Under the pieces are notes generated by a model, which saw only the letters and a program-made list of their open reading frames with translations, had not been told where the DNA came from and ran no database searches. A program made the position numbers and the translations under genes. This document shows positions 38,673 to 50,409 of a DNA stretch of 64,000 nt, in pieces (within the stretch, counting starts at the first letter, position 1; each line of letters begins with the position of its first letter). The DNA is taken from positions 59,520,001 to 59,584,000 of the forward strand of contig NC_042998.1 in assembly GCF_006345805.1 (NCBI RefSeq). Direction: 5' to 3'. The DNA comes from Octopus sinensis (Eukaryota).

Positions 38673-39226
38673 GCGGTGGCTGCCCCCTCGTTATCGAGTA
38701 TGGCCATTGCATGAAGCTTAATCAATGTTGTTATCGTGCAATGCCTGTGCAAGAAGATTTTTTTAAAGTGAGGAAAGGCTGTGCACTGAGTCAATCCCAC
38801 TCACTAAGCAACAGCAGCCATAATCCGAAAAGAAGAACAAGTCAACTTCATCGGTAACCACTGTGCCGCAGGTTTTATGTCGGAGTTGTCCCAGTTACCT
38901 GACTTACCTTCTACTAGAAGGATACCCTAACAAAGGCTAGGAGTCCTTCACTCCCAATGATTTACCCGCGCGATCGGGTATTCAGTCCGATTATTTCTAT
39001 GTCCCCGCGCATGATACAGCCTTAAGACATTTATTGGATGGCCGTTGACTCTCAAGAGTTCCTCCGCCCTTTGACAGGTTTTGTTTTTCATCCCGCAGGG
39101 TGTCCAATAAACAACTTCCCCACCAAGCAAGCTTGGTGAGGTTGCCGGTTTAGTCGCCGACGACCCGACGATGCAACAGGTTGTACTGGGTTACATGTTA
39201 CCAGTAGCACTCGAAAGTGACCTGAC
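38673..39226 (-). mobile_element. ~554-bp non-coding interspersed element flanked on both sides by (CATA)n/(ATGT)n, possibly RTE-derived
   Basis: A GC-richer block with sharp edges at both microsatellites and no credible ORF. The minus-strand segment CCTAGCCTTTGTTAGGG..CTAGTAGAAGG..AACTCCGACATAAAACC recalls RTE 5' UTRs (from memory). Strand is tentative. Confidence 0.5.
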
Positions 39227-39256
39227 ACATACATACATACATACATACATACATAC

Positions 39257-40790
39257 AATAACCATTCTGTAACCAGTATTCCATTCTGACGGGTAATATG
39301 TATCTACCGAATAGAAAAATCTCCTGGGAGAGATTTGGTAGTAGGTTACCGGTACAAAATGCTCACGTTCTACATGGGAAATTCTTATGATCCTTTTCAT
39401 AAAAACATTGAATGCTGAACTGGATATACCAGATTGACTGACAGTTTCAAGGACTACTCTTATCTCCAAGAACAAAGGGATTTATATGGTCAAAACATAC
39501 AGGCCCATTGTATGCTTGAATATTATGTACAGACTATACATAGGTTTTCTGAATATTCTTCAGACCACTGCAAGACAAATGGTGTGATAAATGAGGAAAG
39601 GACAGGTGGTAGGAAACGATTCTGGGGCTGTGCTGAACCGTTTGTCAGTAAAGTTGTCCTTAAAGAAGGTAAACGACATCGTAATCTCTTAACATTATGA
39701 CTAAACTACAAGATGTTCGATTCTGTGCCTCATTCATAGATGATAGTATCACTACACCTTACCAAATTATCAACTGCTATAGTGAATGCTATTGAAAGAC
39801 AGACTGCAATATGGTTCACACTGATATCACTGACACCTACTAAAACAACACCTATCGTTACAAACAGAATTAAGCTGTCAGCTGGCATATTCCAGGATGA
39901 TACATTATATGTTATGCTGATTATACTGGCAGTGAACTCCTGGTCAGCCCTGTAAACAAAATGCAAATGCTACATATGCAGAAAGGAATAAAATTAATGT
40001 CACCCACATATTTTTGTTTTGATGACCTAAAGTTGTATTCTGATAACAGGATTAAAATCAAGAGACAATTAGAAATAGTCTCACGAGACACGAAAATGGA
40101 GTTTGCAGAAGATAAATGCTCCTACATGATAGTCAACCGAGGAAAGATTGTCCACCAGAGAGACAACAAGTTCATCAATGGCTTGTCTCTTCCCTATTTC
40201 TAATGATAAAATCTAGAAGTATCTCGGAATCGATGAGAATATTGCATACGTTGGTGCTATGAGTAAAGCCACAATAAAAAGAGTATTTTTATAGGCTCTG
40301 GCAATTACGGAAATCAGAATTGCTTACATTCAACAAGGCCATATCTCAGAATGCTTTTGCAGTAGCAGAGCTAGTATCAACACGTGGAATATCGGACTGG
40401 ACATTTGACGAAATCTGCAGCCTGGATATCAACACTAGAACGGTACTGGCCACTACAGGCAACTTCCACATTAACAGCGACACCATTAGAATCTATGTAA
40501 GACGAAGTGATGGCAGAAGAGGCATAAGATCAGTCCAAACAGCCTTTGAATGTCACATTATATCACTCACATTACGCCTACTAAACAGTAAATAAAGAAT
40601 TGAGTACATCCAATGCATACTCAAAAGTGAAAGCAGCAACATCTTCAGTTTTGGAGAAGAATTACTGTGCAGGTATTCTGAGTATATAATTGTCTCATGT
40701 GACACCAAGAAGAAATGACTGGCGTACTTGAACAGAAGCTTCAAGGAGAAGCAGGCATCCTGCTAGCAAAAGGCAATGCATGGATGCATA
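39257..40790 (+). mobile_element. R4/Dong-type LINE RT fragment
   Basis: KSPGRDLVVGY.YKMLTFY, YRPIVCLNIMYRLY, FDSVPHS, GIFQDDTLYVML, FCFDDLKLYS, MEFAEDKC, YLGIDENIAY and LATTGNFHINSD. Confidence 0.85.
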
Positions 40791-42263
40791 TATCGTAAGC
40801 GTTTGTGCGCGTATGTCTTTGAGAGTGTATGTATGCATATATGTATGAATAACTATAATAGATAGATAATTATATTGTAGTGGAAGAGTATATTTGTGTG
40901 TATGATATATGATATGCCTGTGTGCATACGCTTTTATTAAGATTTATTGCGATTGTACGTTTGCGTATAGCTTTTCAGAGGTTCTACCTGCATATAATAA
41001 TATATTGTTTAATATCATTTCACATCCACCAATAATATGTAAGGTTTCAAAATTCTCCATGATGTTACAGTTAACAAATTGAATGATATCCATTATATTA
41101 TTGAATATATATTATTATATTATTATATTATATAATATCCATTATATTATATACTACTTTTTAAAAGGCAGACAGAGTTAGACCTGGCTTGTAGTAGAAA
41201 TGGTATGTCATCGATGAAATTGCAAATTGCGACAAAAGGACTTTGGTCATTATTACTGATTAATTGATTAATCAAATGGTTAATGAAACATTCAAACCAA
41301 AAATAAATCAAACAATCGATCTGTTAAATGGTTACATAGTTAACCAGTCGATCAATGATATAATAAAGAAGTCATGTCGAACCGGTACTTATGTTTATTA
41401 TTGGTATAATGGCCCTCATGAAATACAACAAAACACTCAAGGAGACTTTGCATGTATATTTCCGAAGCGCTCTTTTTTACAATTAATTTTGCCAAACGTT
41501 TGATTTTTCATTTGTTTTAACTAAGATGTTTACAGTAATGTAGTCTATCACATATTCTTTCATTCACCTTCATTCTTACAGTTTACCAATTCACAATACT
41601 GCTTTTGTGAACATAATATCTTGAAATGAAATTGTAACATTGCTTGCTTTACATTTACATGACTTGCATCTTTATTTCCAATTTATAAACACTTGATATA
41701 CTTGATTCTAAAACAATTTCGACACAAATACAACCTTTAGTTTAACTGGATCCACAAACGATACATAACTCTCTGCTTAAAACGAATACAGCTTCCTTTG
41801 CCCCCCACGGAAATTTATAATTTTGCATTAGGGACACAGGAGCTAATCAGAACTACAAGCAAGTAGAAAACTAAGTTGATTTCCTAAGCGGTTCAGTTCA
41901 AATATATTATGGACGTCATCAAATAACCAGTTAATATAACCCTAGACACACTGAATACAAGTCTTTGTATGAGTAGCTAAAGAGCTCTGTTCACTGCCTA
42001 ATATACTGAATCATCAATACATAAATGTGTGGTAAATAAATATATTATTTGGTATGTAATAATGTGTAGGCTACAATACTCCAGGACATGTTGAGATCGA
42101 TAAAGAAATGAACCTGAGACGGATGGAAAATATAATCATATAAGCAGAAATATATATACATACGAACCATTGTTCACTAAGTCGAAATAATTATGAAGAG
42201 GGAAATAAGTAAAATCCAAATAAATCGTAGACTTTATTAATAATCAGTGCTAAGAGCATGATC

Positions 42264-42289
42264 GATAATAATAATAATAATAATAATAA

Positions 42290-42320
<31 letters not shown>

Positions 42321-42510
42321 AAGAAGAAGAAGAAGAGAAGAAGAAGAAAAGAAGAAGAAGAAGAAAAGAGGAAGAAGAAGAAGAAAAAGAAGAGGAAGAA
42401 AAAGAAGAAGAAGAAGAAAAAAGAAGAAGAAGAAGAAGAAGAAGAGAAGAAGAAGAAGAAGAAGAAGAAGAAGAAGAAGAAGAAGAAGAAGAAGAAGAAG
42501 AAGAAGAAAT
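42264..42510. repeat. Compound (AAT)n-(AAG)n microsatellite
   Basis: Directly visible. Confidence 0.97.
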
Positions 42511-42774
42511 TAGAACAACGAGAAGCAGAACATCCAAATATGTTTTAGATCACACACAAAGTATGCACCGACTTCATGAGGAGAAACCTCTGAAATCAAC
42601 CTCCAATTGTCCTTGAACAATTTTGTCTCTTTCAGCAGTAAACATACACAGGCAAACACACACATACACGCTCACGTTAGTTATATGCAATTTAGGACTC
42701 TCATGATCATTCCAAAACTTAGGCTTCACTAATACCGTGGGATCCAATCTCAGAATAAATCCGTATCATAGCTA

Positions 42775-42960
42775 AAACTATCCGTGATTTTTACTGACCC
42801 TTTACAAATCAAAGATGCGAGAGCAATATTTACAATGGGGCGTTGTACCTGCACCGAGAACAGTACTGTTCCTGAATACTCTGACGCCTTAGACCACATT
42901 GAAAGGAAGGCCGGTCTAGCGAATGGCACCGCCAAGAGACATGCTGACTGTCTCCTTTCT
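42775..42960 (+). mobile_element. Possible decayed Ty3/Gypsy RNase H remnant
   Basis: Across frames: LSVIF (~LAVIF), QYL..GRCTCTENS (~QYLLGRHFTIRTDHS), KEGRSSEW (~EGRLARW) and KRHADCL (~HxNADCLSR). Short and weak. Confidence 0.25.
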
Positions 42961-44369
42961 GTTGCAACTACAATACCCTGTTCTTCTTTGAGCTGGATGT
43001 TTTTGTCACACCTCCAATCAGCCTCTACCGACTTGCTTATCCTTCCGTTATTCTTTTATCTTTCCGTTATTCAATTTATCCTTTCCGTTTATCCTTCCGT
43101 TATTCAATTTATCCAGGCGCTGCATTTGCTTATACACACACCCCTTCCTTCCTATAACATCACCCCTCTGTATCTCGTTCGAGCTCTTGTTTTCCTGCTT
43201 GTATCAACATGCAAAATTTTAAACAGAATATTATTAGTTGAACAATCTAGGCCAACGATGACTGTGGACGCATACCTTTGCACAACGATGACTGTGGGCC
43301 ATACCTTTGCACAAGCAGATATAAAATCAGAAACAATTATATATAAATACATAAAAATACTAGGATTAATAGCATCGGTTCAAATGTTATGCACAAAATA
43401 CATAAAAGAACAAAGAGTGACAATCAATAACTTCATGTTCAACATGTAATTTGTTTGAAAATTTGTTACAGAATGATTATGCCAATGCTGTAAGTTTAAA
43501 TACGTGAATACGTTAGGAAAATTTATGAATCGAGTGGAAAGGAAATAACAAAAATTTGAAGGTGTAAGCATTATTAATATCAATATATATGTATGTATAT
43601 ATATATATATATTATTTATTTATTTAGTTTCAGCTCACAAGCTGTGGCCATGCTGGGGCACCGCCATTATAAGTTGCGAGGTCACTAGGATATATAATAT
43701 CATTATTAATATTTTGTGTATGATATCGTAAACATGAATATTGCCTAGAGTAAAGATGGATATGTTAGGAAAGGGGAAAATAATAAAATCAATATTTTTA
43801 CTATTTATGGAAAATGCAGAGCTGATTGTACGGAATTAGGATCAAACAGGCATATTTGTGTAAACAGGTTGTAAAATTTGGACCGAAGAGGCATTAACGT
43901 CGTCAAAAAGAAATAAGATGCAGTTTGTGGATATAAGCGCCACAAAGTAAGTAGAGAGCGAAGCAAGAATTTCTTACGACAGGGTTTAACAAGATGAAAG
44001 AATAAATATACCAGATATTAATATTTAGGTGACCATGCTGATCAGTTGATTCTAAATTAAAGTGGACATACTGTGCCATCAATACGCTATCATATAATCT
44101 TTTGCGCATAGCAGAGAAATCGTTAAATAAAATATATCATGTGAAAGCTTAGAGCTGAAGAGCAACGAGAATATATTGACCATTACATTTCAGATTAACA
44201 ATGTTTATATAATGTTCATAAAAGAGTGCGCAGAAGTGATCGATTGCAAATAATATGTAGAGTGAGTAGCGTACCTACCTTAAATAAAATACTGAAGAAT
44301 AGTTGTTGAAAGCTTTGTTATTTATTGGGAGGATCATTATGCCAAAATAAACACACGCGTGTATACACA

Positions 44370-44405
44370 CACATACACACACGTACACACACATGTGTAT
44401 ATATG

Positions 44406-44479
<74 letters not shown>

Positions 44480-44495
44480 TATATATATGTATGTA
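44370..44495. repeat. (CA)n/(TA)n microsatellite
   Basis: Directly visible. Confidence 0.95.
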
Positions 44496-45084
44496 TTTAG
44501 ATAAGAAAACTTTTGAGGCTTCCAGTACTATACATGTTTCAACAACTTGTTTAATGTTGACGCAAAGACTGCTGACAAACCTAATTGACTGATTGATTTA
44601 CCGAACGATTACTTCAATAATTGATTCATTCCTAGCTGATAGCCGGTCTTTGTATACCCAATAATATAGAGATGAGGTCTTTTCTGATTATTTTAATAGA
44701 AAGCTAAGTTAATCTTTGCCTTGTATCAATGATCATTGTAGACCATGAAACATTGTAACTTTTAGTATTGATAGTAACTTTTAATCTTTAAATGTACTAA
44801 TAGCATGTTATTCAGGCACAGAGAAGATATGGTCGAAAACATTTCCTTGACTAGAGTAACCAAGTCTATCTTTATGTTGTCCAAGACAAATTGATTGTAT
44901 AGTCATTTAAGTATAGTTTTGAGATCTCGACTTTGAGGGAAAGTTTATGATAAGAGCCAATACACACCACATGTGATTTGCACCGGCGTGATTTGCCATA
45001 AATGGGAATTGGTCACGTATTCAAGGCTGATCGAACTGAAATCGTTCGACTAACGACATCCGAGATTGACAACTATAACCTATA

Positions 45085-45465
45085 CTCTTTTACTTGTTTC
45101 AGTCATTTGACTGTGGCCATGCTGGAGCACCGCCTTTAGTCAAGCAAATCGACCCTGGGACTTATTATTTGTAAGCCTAGTACTTATTCCTAAAGGTCTC
45201 TTTTGCCGAACCGCTAAATTACGGGGACGTAAACACACCAGCATCGATTGTCAAGTGATTTTGGGGTGACAAACACAGACACACACGCATACATATATAT
45301 ATATATATACATATATACGACGTGCTTATTTCAGTTTCTGTCTACCAAATCCACTCACAGGCTTTGGTCGGTCCGAGGCTATAGTAGAACACATTTTGCC
45401 CAAGGTGCCACGCAGTGGGACTGAACCTGGATCCATATGGTTTGTAAGCAAGCTACTTACCACAT
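45085..45465 (-). mobile_element. Family A SINE
   Basis: Reverse complement of 10818-11237, slightly 5'-truncated. Confidence 0.88.
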
Positions 45466-45959
45466 AGAACGATTTTGTTTTAAAATACTGAACACATTTA
45501 CTAAACTCCATATAAAAACAACTCACTTCAAAAAATATAAAAAACAAAGAGGGGAGGGACAACAAAAATAACTGCGCTAACAATAGCAGCTGTATCAACG
45601 AACATAGTCAGCGGCAATAGACAGGGTATTAATCGTTATTGTCTCCGTTATCAATATCAGAGCTGTTCATACATAAACTAAAACTCATAAAAATAACTCA
45701 ACAAATTTGAAAGTGATACGATATGAGTGATGGTCTGGAAACTCTTACATAGACTTGAAAGCGTTATCATCACACGCAACAGTCGCCATGTGAAAGGTCA
45801 AGTAGAACATTTTTGTAATCACAACGGAAGACGACTGAAATATCAAACAGTACCCCTGTAAAGTTGGACACGCAAACGCACACGCACACATAAGTCTATG
45901 TGTGAATGTATATATATTTATATGTATATGCATATATGTGTGTGTAGAGGGGTTGGGTT

Positions 45960-46150
45960 CTGACGGTCATGCGCTTCACTTGTTGTCGGTAGCCGTTGTA
46001 TCGATGAATGAGCATTCCGTGGCTAATGATGCGTAAGCATGCGCTGAGGTCGACGTTTGTCAGACTCAATTTTCTGCAGCTCACTTCCTTGTCAGAGATG
46101 CAGTACTTGATCAAGCGTAGACCGAAGCAAGGCGTCTGGCAAGCAGAATT
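45960..46150 (+). mobile_element. Tx1/L1-like ORF2 fragment
   Basis: IPWLMMRKHALR (ORF 46008) matches the Tx1-type post-RT motif PWLLMRRHALRL. Confidence 0.55.
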
Positions 46151-46200
46151 CATATTGGTTAATGCAGAAGCAATTCTTTTATTTATTTATTTTTTGCAGC

Positions 46201-46260
<60 letters not shown>
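46201..46260. repeat. (AGT)20 microsatellite
   Basis: Directly visible. Confidence 0.98.
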
Positions 46261-46261
<1 letters not shown>

Positions 46262-46789
46262 TTATCGGTATTATTGTTTATATCTAATGGAAAAAATAAT
46301 TCCGGTCTAATGCCGACAACGCAAGGATCTCTTAAAATGAATCTGTAATCCTGGATAAGACATTATTCATATTAATGTTTATAAAACATTGAGAACAGAG
46401 ATTAGAGAGGAAATAATGCAACAGCAACGAGCAGAAAATACTTTTTAGCGAGACTATGCATACATAGAATAACTGTGGAAAACATTGTCAATTACAACAG
46501 GGAATGGAGAGAAGGCTACGCCAGTGTTGAGATATTAAATCAACTGACTTCATTTGTATCGAAATATCAATAGAATGGGGATTTATTTTTAGGAGTTCAA
46601 ATGACGTGTTTCCCCACTGCAAACAAAAGTATACGAAAGTGGAGGATGTTTTAGAAATGATAAATAAACAAATGGCTTTTTTCAATATTCTATGAAAGAG
46701 TAAAATAGGAACACATATCAAATATTAAATTCGAAAAAAAATTGCAAATCACGAAATAAGACATCAAGCTAACATTAATAATAAAAAAA

Positions 46790-46815
46790 ATACTACTACT
46801 ACTACTACTACTACA

Positions 46816-46865
<50 letters not shown>

Positions 46866-46942
46866 TACTACTACTACTACTACTACTACTAATAATAATA
46901 ATAATAATAATAAGAAGAAGAAGAAGAAGAGAAGAAGAAGAA

Positions 46943-47013
<71 letters not shown>

Positions 47014-47022
47014 TAATAATAA
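46790..47022. repeat. Compound (TAC)n-(TAA)n-(GAA)n-(TAA)n microsatellite
   Basis: Directly visible. Forms the 5' flank of the Dong insertion. Confidence 0.97.
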
Positions 47023-47560
47023 TATGGAATAACAACAGAAAAAAGATGGTATAGGCACACACCAGAAAAGGTCACAGAAAACGAGAAAGCAACCATACTC
47101 TGGGATATGCCGATACACACAGATAGAGAAATTAAGGCCAACAGACCAGATATAGTTGTCAGAGACCATGAAGAAAAAGAATGCTTTCTAATTGATGTAT
47201 CAGTACCGGCAGATGCCAACGTGTCTCTAAAAGAAATGGAGAAACTCTCGAAATACAAAGACCTGGAAATAGAGGTAACTAGAATGTGGAATCTGAAAAC
47301 AGAAACAATTCCTATCATAGTAGGTGCATTAGGCATGATAAAAAAATATTCAGACAAATGCATAACAAAAACACCAGGACTTACAAACACATATAACATA
47401 CAGAAAATTGCACTACTAGGCACTGCACACATCCTACGCAGAACACTTTCCATACAATAACCATCAGAGCATCACAACAAATCACAGCACATACCCAAGG
47501 CACACAGAGCTGCGCTCGGTAGTGAAGTGAAAGCACGCTATAAAAATAAAAATAAAACTA

Positions 47561-47563
<3 letters not shown>
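47023..47563 (+). mobile_element. Young 5'-truncated Dong/R4 LINE: RLE endonuclease domain and 3' UTR, inserted in (TAA)n
   Basis: Uninterrupted frame 47023-47460: YGITTEKRWYRH..ILWDMPIHTDREIKANRPDIVV..LIDVSVP..EKLSKYKDL..PIIVGALG (PD..D..K motif). About 100-bp 3' UTR, with (TAA)n on both sides. Confidence 0.92.
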
Positions 47564-47620
<57 letters not shown>

Positions 47621-47702
47621 AAGAAGAAGAAGAAGAAGAAGAAGAAGAAGAAGAAGAAGAAGAAGAAGAAGAAGAAGAAGAAGAAGAAGAAGAAGAAGAA
47701 GA
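47564..47702. repeat. (AAT)n-(AAG)n microsatellite
   Basis: Directly visible. Confidence 0.97.
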
Positions 47703-48086
47703 AAACGAAATTGTTCAGCCAAGAGAACAGACTGTGCTAATTAAAAAAATCAAAATGCTCAAACATTGTGAACAGTTTTTAAAATAATACCATTAAGAAA
47801 AAAGATACAGATTATTGAATCACCAAGCATTTAGTGACGTTTTGGGAGAACAGATGGAATGATGGTGTCAGCGACATAACAAATAAGAGTCGACAAATTT
47901 CAGAGGACTATATATGTTTTCTTAAGAAGCGACATTGCCATGAATGAACTGAAAGTGCTAAATAATTATCTGAAACATTTTACTTGATTTTTGACAGATA
48001 TTTCAATCACCTGCTGATACAATTGTAAATACTTCCAAGTTTATTAGTAGAACGCCCAACTCTCAAGCCACAACACACACACACAC

Positions 48087-48117
<31 letters not shown>

Positions 48118-48228
48118 TACACATGCATATATATATATATACATGCGTATATATATATATATATATGCATATATATATATATAGTAATTTTAATATTTCT
48201 ATTATATATATATAATATATATATATAT

Positions 48229-48436
48229 AATGATAAATATCAGTGTGAGTTATCAACAGTAGCAGAAACACGTCGTGATGTAAATATGCCATTTGAATAT
48301 GGCTAACCCCTAAGGGTGGATAGGGCACAGAAAGTGTGTCTATAGCCAGCTGGAGGAGATGTCTTCCTGGGGCTAAAAACTACAGTAGCATCCACCCTTA
48401 GGGGTTAGCCATATTCAAATGGCATATTTACATCAC
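48229..48436. mobile_element. Short sibling of the 33867 element: two head-to-head truncated pieces in (TA)n, no hammerhead
   Basis: 48229-48321 matches 34163-34254 plus its continuation. 48319-48436 matches 34501-34617. A perfect 47-bp inverted repeat spans 48275-48321 and 48390-48436. Confidence 0.8.
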
Positions 48437-48456
48437 TATATATATATATGCCTAAA

Positions 48457-48640
48457 TACGAGGGGCTTTTGGTAAAAGAAAATACAGGAGAATCCTTTAA
48501 CATATTCTCCTCTCGGATTCACACACGTATTGCAACGGTCCATCAATTTATCTAAGCCCTGTAAAATAACTCGGAAGTCTGGGTCTCCAACCACGCTTTT
48601 CGTGAACCCTTAAAGGCAGGAACTTTTCAGCAACCCCTCT
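48457..48640 (-). mobile_element. Mariner 3'-terminal fragment
   Basis: TA-CGAGGGG TIR start. The minus strand gives KAWLETQ..QGLDKLMDRCNTCVNPRGEYVK, a mariner transposase C-terminus. Confidence 0.7.
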
Positions 48641-48649
48641 TTTATTCTC

Positions 48650-48834
48650 TTATTTGTTTCAATCATTTGACTGCGGCCATCCTGGATCACCGCCTTGAAG
48701 TGTTTTAGTCGAACAAATCGCCTCAGAACTTAATTTCTCAAGCCTAGTACCACTTCTATCGGGGTCTTTTTCTCGCACCGGTAAGTTACGGTGACGTAAA
48801 ACACAAACACCGGTTCTTACCACACAGCCACCTT

Positions 48835-48840
<6 letters not shown>
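48650..48840 (-). mobile_element. Family A SINE, internally deleted
   Basis: Tail CTTATTTGTTTCAATCATTTGACTGCGGCC...GGTGACGTAAAACAC joined directly to the head CTTACCACACAGCCAC. Confidence 0.7.
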
Positions 48841-48878
<38 letters not shown>

Positions 48879-48944
48879 AAGGTTACATAACATTCATTTT
48901 AAAATATCTAACTCTATCGCATGTTTGCCAACAGTATATAAATT

Positions 48945-49336
48945 ACTAACAGCTAAGCCGGGTTTCACCCGTTCTGGTTGGATGATGTGACTGATAGTTT
49001 TCATTTAGGCATAATCTATAACAGCGTTTCTCAACCTTATCATTTCGGGTCCCTGTTTTGATTGGAACCTCCAACTGTATGAAAATATCCAGACCCCCAC
49101 CCCTTGTCAGAAAACAGCTTCAGGTGTTGTGAAGAACGAAGTTGTACGTAGTCTGTTTCTGAGAGCTATTCTATTGGATCTCTGACTAATCATTAAAACA
49201 TTGATTTAAATATGAACATAGAAAGGAATTATACATCAATCCCTATTTCTGCAAGCCGTTTTATCCGTAAAAATGTTATTTGCTGAGAGCAGAAATTGAA
49301 AGAAGTTACATGAAATGGACGTGTGTGTGTGTGTGT

Positions 49337-49377
<41 letters not shown>

Positions 49378-49816
49378 TGTGTGTGTGTGTGTGTGTATGC
49401 ATGCGTGCTTGTGCGTGAGAGAGAAAAAGATGGTGAGAAAAGAGATAGAGTGAGTGAGTGAAAGTGTGTGTCGTGATGATTGACGTATTTGTACGTAGTC
49501 TCTTTCTGAGAACTATTCTATTGGACCTGTGTCTAATCATTAAAACGTGGATTTAATTATGTACATAGAAAAAAATTATACATTAATCGATATTTTTGCA
49601 AGCAGATGTATCCGTAAAAACTTTTATTTGCAGAGAGCAGAAATTGAAAGAAGATATATAAAATGGACGTGTGTGTGTATGTGTGCGCGTGTGTGTGTGT
49701 GTTTGTGTGCGTGCGTGCGTGCGTGCGTGCTTGCGTGAGTGTATGTGAGAGAGAAAGAGGGTGAGAAAGCGAGATAGAGTGAGTGAGTGAAGGTGTGTGT
49801 TGTGATGATTGACGTC
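48945..49816 (+). repeat. Possible non-autonomous Helitron/Helentron-like element containing a ~347-bp diverged tandem duplication
   Basis: Starts ACTAACAGCTAAGCCGGGTTTCACCCG (short subterminal palindrome). Duplicated unit GTACGTAGTC at 49144 and 49491. The duplication is certain; the element class is tentative. Confidence 0.4.
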
Positions 49817-50409
49817 TTTTAAAGTACACACACGTACATAGAAAATATGAGGTCGTCGAATAAAATTTTTACGATAGTTGATTTATGGAAAATATTATGT
49901 TAAATATTTGAAGTGCAAATATGTGAATGAAAATTAAGTTCAGACCGCTCCATGGTAGTTAGACTTGGTAGAAATAGCAGCCAAATCTCCCTCAAAACAC
50001 CCTACTGCCTTAATCCGACAATTCTACCTATTACATAGTTTGAATGAGAAACTGTAACTAAAGATTAAGATTATTAACCTCACAAAGGGGTGAAAGAAGA
50101 GAGACAGCATAGTGAAAGTTTTGGCTTACTGTCACTCTGTACTCCCCTTGTTGCTAGCGAAATGGTATATGCGGGCTGAGTGAGCAACTGGTTGTTTTAA
50201 TGGTGGAACAAACGGGAATTACATTAGAAACAGTTTTAAACTACTTTCTCGGGAACTATGAAGACTAGGAAAAAAATACAAACCACATTCCAATCTATCC
50301 ACCCGTCACCACAAGTGTGCCATTTTTAACGCGAATATATCTAGCTGTTTGGCTGTGAACTTCAAGACAAGAAATAATGCAACGTTCGCCCATGTCCAAT
50401 TTATATTAT

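Noticed and set aside
44282-44326. CTGAAGA...GAAA with partial AATAAAATA/TATTTATT closure as a hammerhead
   Set aside because: There is no convincing stem II or stem III, and AT-rich chance pairing is sufficient.
46764-47453. 229-aa minus-strand ORF, the longest in the track
   Set aside because: It is the antisense shadow of the Dong RLE frame extended by trinucleotide repeats.
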